A DNA stretch of 64,000 nucleotides from Octopus sinensis. Lineage: Eukaryota. A program made the translations under genes and the position numbers. A model generated the notes under the pieces. That model did no database searches, was not told the DNA's origin, and was given only the letters and a program-made list of their open reading frames with translations. Below, piece by piece: positions 1 to 11,829 of this stretch (position 1 is the first letter of the stretch; the number at the start of each line of letters is the position of its first letter). Location: positions 128,960,001-129,024,000 of the forward strand of contig NC_043000.1 of the NCBI RefSeq assembly GCF_006345805.1. The letters are read 5' to 3'.

Positions 1-2
1 TT

Positions 3-353
3 AAACTTCCAGAAGGGAAGGGTCTTCCTTTGATTCTGACATGCAATGTCTGTGCAAGACCCTGCCTCAGTAAAGCTGGACTCATGAGTCATCTTCGTAG
101 TCATAAAACGAGACAGATGATTGACAACCTGGCCACTGGTGGTGGTGTAACACACCATACAAATCATATCTGTCGGGCATGTGGAGGAGAGTGTAATTCG
201 GCATGAGGACTTAAACGACATGCAAAGGTACATGAATCCCAGTTACAACTACAGCCGGCTATTACCAGTAAAGGTCTTAGTTGCCAATTTTGTACAAGAC
301 ATTGTAGATCTTTAGCTGGGCTAAAAAGTCACATTCGATCACAGCACCAGTAA
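3..353 (+). mobile_element. 3' end of an RTE-like LINE ORF2 with three C2H2 fingers (one in-frame stop)
   Basis: Frame +3 reads CNVCARPCLSKAGLMSHLRSH, CRACGGECNSA*GLKRHAKVH and [22 protein letters not shown], then TAA at 351-353. A ~50-nt 3' UTR runs into an (ATGT)/(AT) tail. No TGEKP linkers; the CxxC-R-C-S-xGL-SH finger matches RTE C-termini. Confidence 0.7.
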
Positions 354-403
354 CAGTTAAGCTTCGTGCAATGGCAATACTCGATAACGAGGGGGCAGCC
401 ATA

Positions 404-410
404 ATGTATG

Positions 411-483
<73 letters not shown>

Positions 484-516
484 ATATATATGTATGTATG
501 TATATTATATATATGC

Positions 517-565
<49 letters not shown>

Positions 566-673
566 TAGATAGATAGATAGATAGATAGATTCATACATAC
601 ATACAATCATACATACATACATACATGCATACATACATACATACATACATGCATACATACATACATACATACA

Positions 674-703
<30 letters not shown>
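404..703. repeat. Compound microsatellite (ATGT)/(AT)/(AGAT)/(ACAT)
   Basis: Directly visible; source of ORFs 329..694, 371..568 and part of 591..836. Confidence 0.98.
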
Positions 704-706
<3 letters not shown>

Positions 707-870
707 GATGGCTATCCTCTAGTGACTGCAGAAGACCATCACTGACCATTGCCCATGCAAAATACTTGCAATACCCGGGCATGAAGTTATTACACGTGCA
801 GTCGGCTTCAACCGAGTTCGTACCCACAGCTTCCATGCTCTCTGCGGTGCCCTCTTACTCGACAGGGCAT
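704..870 (-). mobile_element. Unclassified retroelement 3' end facing the RTE-like end
   Basis: Minus strand ends GAGGATAGCCATCATATATG, resembling GAGGGGGCAGCCATAATG of the element at 3-403, and runs into an (ATGT)n tail. Confidence 0.35.
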
Positions 871-1554
871 CATAAATAATGGGCTTTATACATTTATTTG
901 TGCGTTGTAGACTAACACCTGTTTCTGATATCTATTTCGGTTGCGTTCGTGGTAACGTTTACTCAATCGAAAGATTGATCGATTGAAAATAGTGAACGAC
1001 CGTTTAAAATGCTATCCTGTTCAGAATCAGCACATTAAGTGTCAAAGTAAATAAAAACAAAAGTAATAATGATATGGGAGAAGGAGGAAAGAAAGAAAAA
1101 AAGAATAAAGAACGACAGGGCCAGATACGGCAACAGGCGAGTTTCATGCCATTTTCATATTCAAGCGGGAACGGATTCTTGTCTGAAAATGACAGAGATA
1201 TGAAATTCATTTTTGAGAAATAATATACGCAACATGTATTGAGAACTCGCGTCTTTTGCCTAGCGACAAGAACACATGCGTACGTTTGTGTGCATGCATC
1301 TGTGTGTGCGTGAGTGTGTGCCTTCATAAGCACATATACATGTATACATATATAAATATACACACATAAATGCGTTATTTATTCTGGTGTCCGTTAATAG
1401 CACCAAAGCAAACTCTACTTGATGAATTGACAAGTAAAACTTTACGTCCTTGTAAGGGAATTTCATTACTAAAATAATAAATGAAGAGAATGCAATTATA
1501 CAATATACAGTTATTAATACACAAATACACATAGATAGATATACATTCACATTT

Positions 1555-1720
1555 ATGTATGTATGTATGTATGTATGTATGTATGTATGTATGTATGTAT
1601 GTATGTATTATGTATGTATGTATTATGTATGTATGCATATATATAGGTGTATGAACGTGTGGGAGAGGGCTAGCTAGCTAGATATAAATATAGATATAGA
1701 TATATGTGTATGCATGTATG

Positions 1721-1780
<60 letters not shown>

Positions 1781-1825
1781 GATAGATAGATAGATATATA
1801 GATAGATAGATAGATATATATATAT

Positions 1826-1867
<42 letters not shown>

Positions 1868-1896
1868 GGATATATATATATATATTATATATATAT

Positions 1897-1990
<94 letters not shown>

Positions 1991-2000
1991 ACGGACAGAC
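1555..2000. repeat. (TATG)n, (GATA)n and (AT)n microsatellites
   Basis: Directly visible. Confidence 0.97.
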
Positions 2001-2439
2001 ATACGGCTGGAAAGCCTTCTGTAATTGGTATGGTCAATGAGGGCTAAGCTGAGGTTAAACAACAACAACCGCACTCTTAGATATATTCCACCATCTTTTC
2101 CAATAATATATTTTCAGTTCTCTTCTCCCTGTTTGATTTTCTTCAAATGAAACCTTAACCCAAAATACCTCTCTCCTTACCCCCAGCTCTGTCCGTCTGT
2201 CTAGCTGACATACAACACCGCTCTCTCTCTCTCTTCCTCCCTGCCTCCCTCTCTCTCTTCCTCCTTCCTTCTCTCTCTCTCCTGCTGTTCACCTTTTACC
2301 TCTCCTCATCAGTCATAGTCATACCATCTATATAACATATCACGCCACCCTAATACGTATGCAGACACGCCACTCATACACGTGTATGCATTCTATTACA
2401 TCACGTCACGTGTAAAGACATTTTATATACATACTGTAT

Positions 2440-2499
<60 letters not shown>

Positions 2500-2610
2500 C
2501 ACACAGCATACGCATGCACACACAAATACACACAGGTATACACACGCGCACACACACTCACACACACACACCACACACACACACACACACACATACACAC
2601 TCACATTCAA
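2440..2610. repeat. (CA)n microsatellite
   Basis: Directly visible. Confidence 0.97.
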
Positions 2611-2767
2611 ACATGATTACGTGCAAAAATGTATACATACGAAAGCACATATACATACGAGAAAGTGATGAAGAGTTCCTGGTTTTAAGGGTATCGCAGA
2701 AGGTTCTTTTACAGGGTTTAGGAAAACTGAAGGACCGCTTCAATAAGTGTGAGAATCTGAGAGAAGA

Positions 2768-2960
2768 ATATCTATATTAATAAAAGCGAAGTCCTGTCTG
2801 TCCGTCTGAGATCTCTGTATCTCAGTCTGCATTTGATCTACGGAGGCATAATATGCCGTTTTGGAATCAGGTTGATCCTGGTATTGAAATCTGCCCTTCA
2901 TCTGGTTCTTGAACATCCAGCATTGACATTTGATTTAAAAGCATTTGGGCTGTTATTTTT
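2768..2960 (+). mobile_element. Possible Helitron-type 5' end
   Basis: TCTATATTAATAAAAGCGAAGTCCTGTCTGTCCGTC resembles animal Helitron/HINE 5' termini; no matching 3' end found. Confidence 0.3.
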
Positions 2961-3239
2961 AGCAGGTAAAATTTGGCCGATTTACACCATCTTAGTTGTC
3001 AGATGACACCAGAGATCAAGGAGGAGATTAGTAACATTTCCTTCGTTAATATTACGTCGAGAAAAGAACATTGGTATAAATTGGACAACAGTTGTTAAGT
3101 CAACTTGCGACTGGAACAATAGAATGATAGCATTACAGAATAAATTCTCATCCATCCTTAACCTCTGATAAAACACCACCAGGGCATATATATAGCCATT
3201 ATAGACATATTATATTCATGCTATTTAGCTCCCTTTTGT

Positions 3240-3392
3240 ATTGGGCCGCAGGTCCAATTAGCCCTCTACAGAAGCTAGCTTGAAAGGCTGCACGAAGTGC
3301 GGCTTCTCAGCGATTATTGAATAAAAATCATAACTGATCCTATCGTATTTTCTTTCAAACAAAGCCAGGAGCTTTGCAGCACCCCCTTGTAC
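3240..3392 (+). mobile_element. Mariner 3' terminal fragment with TIR
   Basis: Ends AAGCCAGGAGCTTTGCAGCACCCCTTGTA, a mariner-type TIR, at a TA on the edge of a (TACA)n tract. Confidence 0.6.
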
Positions 3393-3493
3393 ATACATAC
3401 ATACATACATACGTACATACATACATACATACATACATACATACATACATACATACATACATACATACATACATACATACATACATACATACA

Positions 3494-4470
3494 GGGGGCA
3501 GGCCTACCTAAACAGAAGTTTGGAGGAGAAGCAAGCATCATACCAGCTAAAAGCAATGCATAGGTACATATCCCGTAAGCAGAGGGCATTGACAAGAAGA
3601 GTAGCCTCTCCTGGACCTGTGATAGATACATTACATTTCACCTAGAAGAATATGCCTTAGCTATCCGGGAACAAGAGATAGCCATTATATGCTAGATAAA
3701 CAAGAGGAACAAAGATGACACCAAACCTCCACGTTGTCGCTTCTGCTATACCAGTGTGGAAGTTATAACCCACATCATCAGTATCTGCCCCAAAATGTCT
3801 ACGAGATATTACGTGCCCCTGAGACATGATATATTTGCAAAGGCTATTTGCAATGTTAGCTGCAGGAAGGATTACCTTGGCGTATGCATCAAAGGCATGT
3901 TAGAACTAGCGTGTATTCACACCTTTTAAAGCAAGGAATACTGGTGGAACACTCCAATAAAAACAGTTATTCGATACAAACATAATAGACTGGATATTGT
4001 TCCGTGGGACGTTAGCAAAATTCACGCAATGTTGTTGAGGTCAGTTGCCCAGCGGATGTGAATGTATGATCAAAGGTCCAGGAAAAGGGCACTTAATGCG
4101 GAACTTATAATCCTGACTATAAATTCTAATTTGTACCTATGACCATATGTGCAGAAGGTTATGTACCAACAAATTCACATAAAAACCTAGAAATACTAGG
4201 TTTTTCGAAGATGCGGATTCTCCAAATCCAATCTATTAGCGGCACGGTGAAGGTTTATAAGACGTTCCAAAAGATTTTCTATCTGAGATTCTTTAGGTGA
4301 ATCGATGCAAGTACTTGGGTCCGTGCATCAACAGCTCAAGCAACACACCAACTCAACCACACATTTACAAACACCAAAAACTCTCTTAACTCAAAAAGTC
4401 TAGTCATTTTGTTAGTGACCGGCTTGAACTCTCTTAAGAACTTCAATAAAACTCAAAGAAAAAGAACATG
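3494..4470 (+). mobile_element. 5'-truncated R4/Dong-like non-LTR retrotransposon (CCHC knuckle plus restriction-like endonuclease), decayed
   Basis: CRFCYTSVEVITHIISICPKMSTRYYVPLRHD (~3735-3830), KEYWWNTPIKT, HNRLDIV, EVSCPADVNV and IQSISGTVKVYKTF; frameshifts and stops present. Confidence 0.85.
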
Positions 4471-4615
4471 CATACATATATGCATGCCTCAAACATACAT
4501 ACATACATACATACATGCATACATACATACACACATACATACATACATACATACATACATACATACATACATACATACATACATACATACATACATACAT
4601 ACATACATACATACA

Positions 4616-4790
4616 GCTGTTGTGGAACATGATTACTTGATTAACTGCCTCGCGACCAATCTTGAGAAGTTAGGTTTTACAAAACCAGAAAAAACAGCCA
4701 AACAAGAGTCTGCAGCTGCAAGCCATCAGCCGTGATGTCAAAACATGTAAAACATTCAAGAGGTTTAGCATGTAATGGAATCTATGTAAA
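4616..4790 (+). mobile_element. Second R4/Dong-like 3' fragment
   Basis: NLEKLGF and LQLQAISRDVKTCKTF parallel the C-terminus of the copy at 3494-4470. Confidence 0.7.
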
Positions 4791-5016
4791 GTAATGCCCT
4801 CCATCCTGCATTCATGTGTGCATGTGCACACATGTATATATGCACGCATATGCATATATGTGGGCGCATAAATAGATACTCACATGCATATATACATCCT
4901 CGGCCACTCTGAATTAAAATCTCATTGCTCGTTTTTTGCTTTAATTATTCGAATCCCTTATGCCATACATATATTCCACTCTTTTCGCATACGTCTACAC
5001 CTCTTGGCTGCTGGAG

Positions 5017-5075
5017 AGAGGCCATGCTGATGAATCCTATTGAAACAGAAACACATGTCCATAACTGCCCTCTTA
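5017..5075 (+). ncRNA. Type I hammerhead ribozyme-like motif (degenerate) followed by AATAAA; likely Penelope-like terminal repeat
   Basis: CTGATGA 5027-5033, GAAA 5042-5045, GTC 5057-5059; stem I ATG/CAT extended by AGAGG/CCTCT; AATAAA 5085-5090. Confidence 0.6.
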
Positions 5076-5554
5076 TCTCCAATCAATAAAGCTGTCCCTT
5101 TTCTTTAATGGCATGTCAACTTTGAAGAATTCTTGATTATTGGGAATATTTCCGCTTCTCATATGCAGCTGTTCTCTGCTACCATTATGACGCATCTTCT
5201 AGAGGTGGAGATGATTGTAATTAATTTAACATTTTATTTTGTTGAGTATTTTATATACTTGTATTTATCTATGATGTTCATAAGCATGTCACTGGCCACT
5301 CTGAGCTATTCCTCTTATCTCGCTTTTGTTTAAGTTATACATTAATTCCTACTCTGTTGATGCCTAAATTCCAAAGAAAGGGTCTTGTTTCTAGGCTAGA
5401 AACCGGCTGATTCTCAATTACTGAGAAATTCGTAAAATATAAACCAGGAACGAACATATATACACCCACATCACCCACCCTTCTCTTCATTCCTTTTCAT
5501 CTTTATACATACATATTTTTTATATAACATAAAAAAAAGTTACGTGGGTCTCCG

Positions 5555-5835
5555 TCGGTTTCTATGATAAATATTCCACTTGTCAGATAAATAGGAGCAT
5601 GCATTCATTAAATCATAGTGTAAGTGGCTGGGTGTTCCATAGACACTTGTATCTTTAGAGTAATTTTCAGACAGAATCAATATGACACTACAATAAGGTC
5701 AACCCTTTGAATTAATAAGCACAGTCCGTCCTTCCGGCTTCTTCACAGTTTCCATCTGCCAATTTCGATAACCGGACTTGAGTCGATAAAAGACGCCTAA
5801 ACATGCTTCGCTAAAGAATCGAGCCCAAGACAGCT
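5555..5835 (-). mobile_element. Degenerate SINE family B remnants
   Basis: TTTCACAGTTTCCATCTGCCAATTTC matches the reverse complement of family B. Confidence 0.45.
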
Positions 5836-6787
5836 CAATTGCAAAGAGAACTTATCTGCCAGCCGGCCGAACTTGCATTCTTCAGACATATATTCATGCA
5901 CTCACACGCATAGTCACATACATGCGCACATACATATATATACACATATGCATATGCACATACACGCACACAGTGACGCACAAAGATGCACGCATACACA
6001 CACGCACACGCGCACACACACGCACTCACACACACACTTATACGCAGGTGTTATCAATGTGTGAGTGTGTGTCTATATGTGTATATATACATACACAAAA
6101 AGCTTTGGTTGCATTCTTCAATGTTAAGTACATCCATTGTATTCTGGTAAGATGGCAGACAATGTGTTTTACGATGGGTGGGAGAAGGTGAGTTGGGTGA
6201 ACGGGGTTGGTAGGAAGAAAAGAAAAAAAAAATTGCAAACACACAAATACACAAACAAAAACGTAGAAAGTATGTTGGGGTGATGGCGAGGGTGAGGGTG
6301 AAGACGGCGGAGAATTGATAGGTTTACAGGTTACCTGGCAAACAGATAGCTGTTTGTTCACAACAAAACCTGTTGTTCTTGGATTACCCTGCTGACATAC
6401 ACCGGCGGGGGTTCTGTCTAACGTCTCCGTTCCGGTGTGACACAAGACGCAGTTATGATTTGGGTCGAGCTCAGGTGATGGTGTTGGTAGTGGTGCTGCT
6501 GGTAGTAGTTGTGATGATGATGATGGTGGTGGTGGTGGAGGTAGTAATTGTGATGCGGTTATGAGGTTTGGGGGGGTGATAAGGAAAGTGACAGGAGGAC
6601 TCAATAGTTTAGTCGTCCGCTGAGGTTGGTACCTTGTGGTTCATACACCGGCGACACAACGGCGTGATTGCAAAAGCTACCGCCGCTAAAGCCACCAAGC
6701 CTTCTTCTTCTTCTTCTTCTCTTCTTCTTCTCAAGATCTTCGAAGGTAGGAAATCAAGACTAAGCAACCCATTCCATCATTTTATTC

Positions 6788-7078
6788 CATTGGTTCCGAA
6801 ACTTTTTCAGGCTGCCCCCGCCCCCTTGGTTCTCAGGTCACATTTTTAGTGCCCCCACTACCACCATCATCCACAGACCTAGACCATTTACTGCAGCAAA
6901 TTCAAAACAACAATATTTCACAAATAAAACTTAACCTAATTTACCCTTTATTTTTTTGTTTGTTTTTTTACATTCATTGCTCCGTTTTGGTCATCCCATT
7001 TTCTTCAACGCCTCTCTGAGTCTTCCCACAGCCCCTAGAGCGGGGTGGGGGCGGTACCGCCCACTTTGGGAACCACTG
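6788..7078. mobile_element. hAT MITE
   Basis: TIRs CATTGGTTCCGAAAC and ACTTTGGGAACCACTG; exact 8-bp TSD TTTTATTC at 6780-6787 and 7079-7086. Confidence 0.85.
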
Positions 7079-7247
7079 TTTTATTCGGAAGTATTTGTGT
7101 CTTAGTCTTAAATTTCTAAGCAAAACGACATGCGCTGACTAAGGCAGAGCGTTTGATATCTGAAATGTTGCCTGGTGCTCACAGCACTCTGTTAGCTGGA
7201 CAATGAGATCAACTGAAAAGAGAATCAGTGTTGTAACTGAGCGACGA

Positions 7248-8065
7248 TTAACTCGGAATGGTTATGAAAGACGACAACGTCGTTTGAGCACTCTCTTCTG
7301 GTGGACGTAACGAGGGTTTTGGCCGCTCTGTGTAGTAACTAAATTGGTTGTCGTCTTCCTTCACTGCAACGTACCTTTGACTACAGCAAACACATGTATA
7401 CAAGGTGTCGGTCCTTTTCAATCCGCACATTCCACACTACGCCACTGCTTTCAGTTAGGGGATATTGGACAATCTCTTAAAGTCCTTGATCTGGTTGTGA
7501 GTTGGTTTTACAGAGAATCGGTATTATCTGTTCGGGACAAGTTCTACTGGCATAAAAATGCCGGTTGCCAAACTCGAATCCATTTCGAGGCTTTCCCTGC
7601 CGTCTGTCTTTGATCGGAAATTGCAAAATGTCTTTTTTTCCTATCCTGTAGCTTTAGGGAAAACGATTGCATGGTGGATAAGATCGAGGGTCTGAAGAAA
7701 GACAGTTTCCTCTTTGGTCAAAACCTCATCAATTTGTTTGAATTCCATAAGGAGAAGGGGAGGGAGGAGGTGGATAAAAGAAGCGAGGATGGACAGTGGG
7801 CCGAATAACACAATGGGGGAGGGCACTTGCCTTTGATAGATCAATTTTTTAATCTGCAGTGTCCATTGCTTGGCCTTAGATGGCTTCTCCCTCTATGATT
7901 GGGACATCTCATTTCGTGACTTATGTATACTTTTGTTTGTCGTGCCTCTTGCTTTTCTTCACTTTCTTTTGTTTTTTCTTTGCATAATTGATTCTGCATA
8001 AACCCCAATGTTTTATCATTTTTCCTTATAATGTTTCTTTCATTCGTAGTCCTTGTAGCAGACAA
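7248..8065 (-). pseudogene. Unidentified decayed coding sequence, probably TE-derived, with a Cys-rich end
   Basis: Successive minus-strand frames broken by stops; contains CGMCGLKRTDTLYTCVCC. Family not recognised. Confidence 0.35.
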
Positions 8066-8262
8066 GACGTTATTATTGTTACTGTGGTAGTGGTGGTGGT
8101 GATGACTGCGGTTGTTAATCTATTACCTTTGACAGCATTCATTCGTGGAATGTACATCTTGATCAAACATTCACTTGATGTATCAAATGACTCTCTAAGC
8201 CACCAGTACGTAGATGTAAGAAGATTGAGATGTTTATTTATTTATTTATTTATTTTTTATTT

Positions 8263-8614
8263 GTTAACCAATCGAGAAAAGGCAATGGTCATGACACATC
8301 CAGGTTCTTACAGACTGTTTTGACTTTGATATAGTCAATCAACCAAGAAAGGGCAGAACCCATGAAGCGTACAGGTTCTCCCAGATTCCTTGACCTTGAC
8401 GCAGTCAGCCGCTCAAAAATGAGTAGTTACCACGATATGTGCGTATCCATAAAGACCGTTTCCCCATGATACAGTTAGCCAATCGAGAGAAGACAGTAGG
8501 CATGACACGTACATGCTCCCTTAGATTGTTTAACTTTAATGCAGTTAGTTACTCGAGCATGTGTTGTGGCTAAAACATGTACACGGTCTCAGAGGTTGTT
8601 TAGGCTTGATGAAG
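8263..8614. repeat. Diverged tandem array, about five units of 70 bp
   Basis: The G of the AGT(C/T)A anchor recurs at 8334, 8404, 8474 and 8544 (first unit at 8263); shared CCAATCGAG, CATGA and TT(G/A)AC-TTGA motifs. Confidence 0.8.
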
Positions 8615-9121
8615 CAAATTCCGTCTTTCCATTTTCACTCCTATGGTTTGATTCCATTTGAGGCGATGATAAAAGAAACTTGCCGAAGATAACACGCAAT
8701 GATATCAAATCCAGAATTTCATAATTGGCAAAGCGAATTTCGTAAACACTCGACCATACTTGCACGTAATAAACTAACTAGTTCAGCTGTGATAGAAACA
8801 GCGTGTCTCTCAGACTGATATTGTTGTTATTGTTGTAGCTTAGCCCAGGTTAACCATCACTGAGCAGACCCACGATCAAGCTGTAACCATTTTGTCTTTT
8901 ATTTAGACACAAAGTATTTAGAACTACTTTTCTCTGCGTACCTTTGTTTTTCTAAGACTGAAGCTTGTGATATGAAGGAAATTTGGTTGTTAATTTTAAG
9001 TCGAGCAAACATATTGAAGTTCTTTTATCGATACCTACGTTAGGAGTTATAGCGTATTAGTGATTAAATCATTACAAATCTGTCAAATTCACACATTGAT
9101 GTTTGTATGAGAGTAATATTC

Positions 9122-9175
<54 letters not shown>

Positions 9176-11592
9176 TATATCATAATTGAGCTTTATATAG
9201 CATCAGCAGGATGTCAAAGATGAAATATTTCCTCTCTTAGTCTTCATGGTTTGGCAATGTCATATGCGTGATCCTCAGAGATTTTGTTGCAACTTTTGAA
9301 GGTTTAGTTGTTTATTGTTCACGGGATGTTGAGGTAGAAAGTTAATTTCTTAATATACGCAAGGTTTTTGTTTCTACCCTTTTTAAAGAGACTGGGTTGT
9401 CAAATCCTTACTAAAGAATTTCCTAGTGATCATATATAGCAGCAGAATATGTCTTACATTAGATGTTTGGTTCGTCAAACCGATATAGTTTAACACTGCC
9501 TAAACAACCAGAGATGTCGCACAAATCTGGTGGGTTGTCTGCAAATTAGCTATTAGCAACGGACGGAAAGTCTACTTCCATTGCTGATGTCTAATTTATA
9601 TATATAACCCACCAGCTTTTTGCAACATCGCTGTCAGTTTAATCCATTTTAAAATACATCGGTTTGACGGAATTTCAGTCTGGCAATCAGTGGTAGATTA
9701 CCTCTTGTTGATGAGGCACAAATTACGCTGAAATCACGTGATACAAACAGGCCCATCCGTCTTGTTAATAAACTTTCGCTTACCGATATAATCTGTGCCT
9801 TATTAACACTTAACGTCTACACTAGGTGATTTTTCAGGACTATTCTTCCAGCTCATGGCATATTTGCACAGCACATCCAAGTTAAGTTGGATGTACAAAT
9901 TAATATTCGTTACAAAGGCTGCTTCTATTGCTAATACATACGTACACACACACACATACAGACACACTCACACAAGTGCCGCGCACACACACACATCCAG
10001 TGCAGACCTTAAGATCGTGAATATATAAATTATCGTGATCTTGCTGTTGTAAGAGCAGCAAATGCAGACATGCAGCCTGTACAGTGAGACAGTTGAACAC
10101 ACCAAGTCTGCCTCTCCAGACGAATTTTTTTTTCTTTTTTTGCAACAACAAAAAAATTGCACCAGTTTTAATAATAAAGTGAATAGAATAACTAACAGAC
10201 AGACTGTCTCCTTGAATATTCCTTTCGAAATATCTATGCCACCAGAAACAATTGTATGGTTGTTCTTTCAGTTACGGGGGCTAGGATGTTTGACCCAGTC
10301 TTTGTAAGCATTTCAATAGCTGCAACTAGGGTAGCGAGCACTTTTGTAAAATACAATGATTCTAGCAGCCAAGAGAGAGTTAAACGACTTTTGTGTAATC
10401 AAGCCATACTGATATAAGGTTTCTGAGGGCTATATGTTTCACTTCAGGCAGTACAGCTCTATTAATTACTGCTTGGCACAACCCCCTACACTCCCATATT
10501 CCATCTGCCTGTTTATCGGTTACTATCATTTACCGTGCAATGGTCTTGAATGGACTGATTTAAACAGACTGTAGAAAGTGTACACATGATATTTCGTTAA
10601 GAATTAGGCCTGTATTTCTCAGTATTTTCATAAATGACTGCGAGATAGCTTCTTGCTATGTTTGGTGTATCAACGTGGGCTTCTATTGTTGTTTTAAACA
10701 TATTGGTGAGTGTTGTTCTTTAAAATGTTGAAATTTTGTACCAAATATGAAATCTCATCCTGTGGTGCTGCTTTCCCGAAACTGCAGTAAATGTTTGAAG
10801 TCTATATCGAGTAGTTTTCTTATTTATCTGACCATATCAGTCGTCTTTTTTCCTGTCGTTTAGACCTACAGTAAATGTAGACCGAGATCCTTGCCGACAG
10901 CTCCCTTGTATGTCTTGTACCTGCTGAATTTAAGTTCACTAATTTAGAAGATCAGAAGTTACGATGGCGCATTGATGTAGTGGTTAGAAATTCTATAATC
11001 CGAAATGAGGAAGAAGTCTAGACCACAGACGGAATTTAGCTAAAACAAGACCATACCAGACACGAATGAATACTTTGCCAATGTCATGTACAACGGCATT
11101 GTATTTACCAAATGTAATTTCCTCTTACAACAAAATCCTTTCTCGATACTTTAAATAACACCAACAGTTTAGACATGTGACTAAATTAGGGAGGAAATCG
11201 GGCCAATTAATATCAAAATATGCAAAATTCTGAGATCATCTTGTAGTTTCCAAAGAAATAATATCGTCAAGCTCTATTTTAGAAGAAAGGAAACAACGGG
11301 AAAAGAGGTTAGGCATTAATCAACTCACGCTTTGAGTGGCGTATGGTAAGCATTTAAAAAGTAAGCATTGAACAAGAGCAGAGAAAATGAATACATTAAA
11401 TACTCAAAGGCAAAGAGAACAACATTTTACGAGTCGGGAGTGAACTTCTCAGGAAGCACTACTTCCGATGGCTTGCAACACGGAAGCAAACGTGAGACGA
11501 ACGCATGTCAACGAAACGTGAAAGAGAAACGTCGAAGACCAACAAAAAGCTATGCATGGATTTGCCACGTTGATATTTGAGAACACTAACAA

Positions 11593-11829
11593 TATTTATT
11601 TCTTTACTAGCCACAAGGAGCTAGACATAGAAGGAACAAACAAGGACAGACAAACGGATTAAGTCGATTACATCGACCCCAGTGCGTAACTGGTACTTAT
11701 TTAATCGACCCCAAAGGATGAAAGGCAAAGTCGACCTCAGCGGAATTTGAACTCAGAACGTAATGGCAGACGAAATACGGCTACGCATTTCGCCCGGCGT
11801 GCTAACGTTTCTGCCAGCTCGCCGCTTTC
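11593..11829 (-). mobile_element. tRNA-headed SINE family A (long-tail monomer)
   Basis: Head GGCGGCGAGCTGGCAGAAACGTTAGCAC, B-box-like GAGTTCAAATTCC, body GTCGACTTTGCCTTTCATCC. Other copies near 13905-14112(-), 15170-15372(-), 21110-21432(-, two), 23783-23985(+), 26040-26275(+), 31795-31995(-), 33218-33400(-), 43915-44040(-), 57466-57672(+). Confidence 0.92.

Noticed and set aside
6038-6604. 188-aa proline/serine-rich minus-strand ORF
   Set aside because: Built largely from (CAC/CAT)n and CA repeats; no domain recognised.
10965-11010. tRNA-like GGCGCATTGATGTAGTGGTTAG
   Set aside because: No B box or cloverleaf; decayed SINE head. The other tRNA-like sequences here are also SINE heads.
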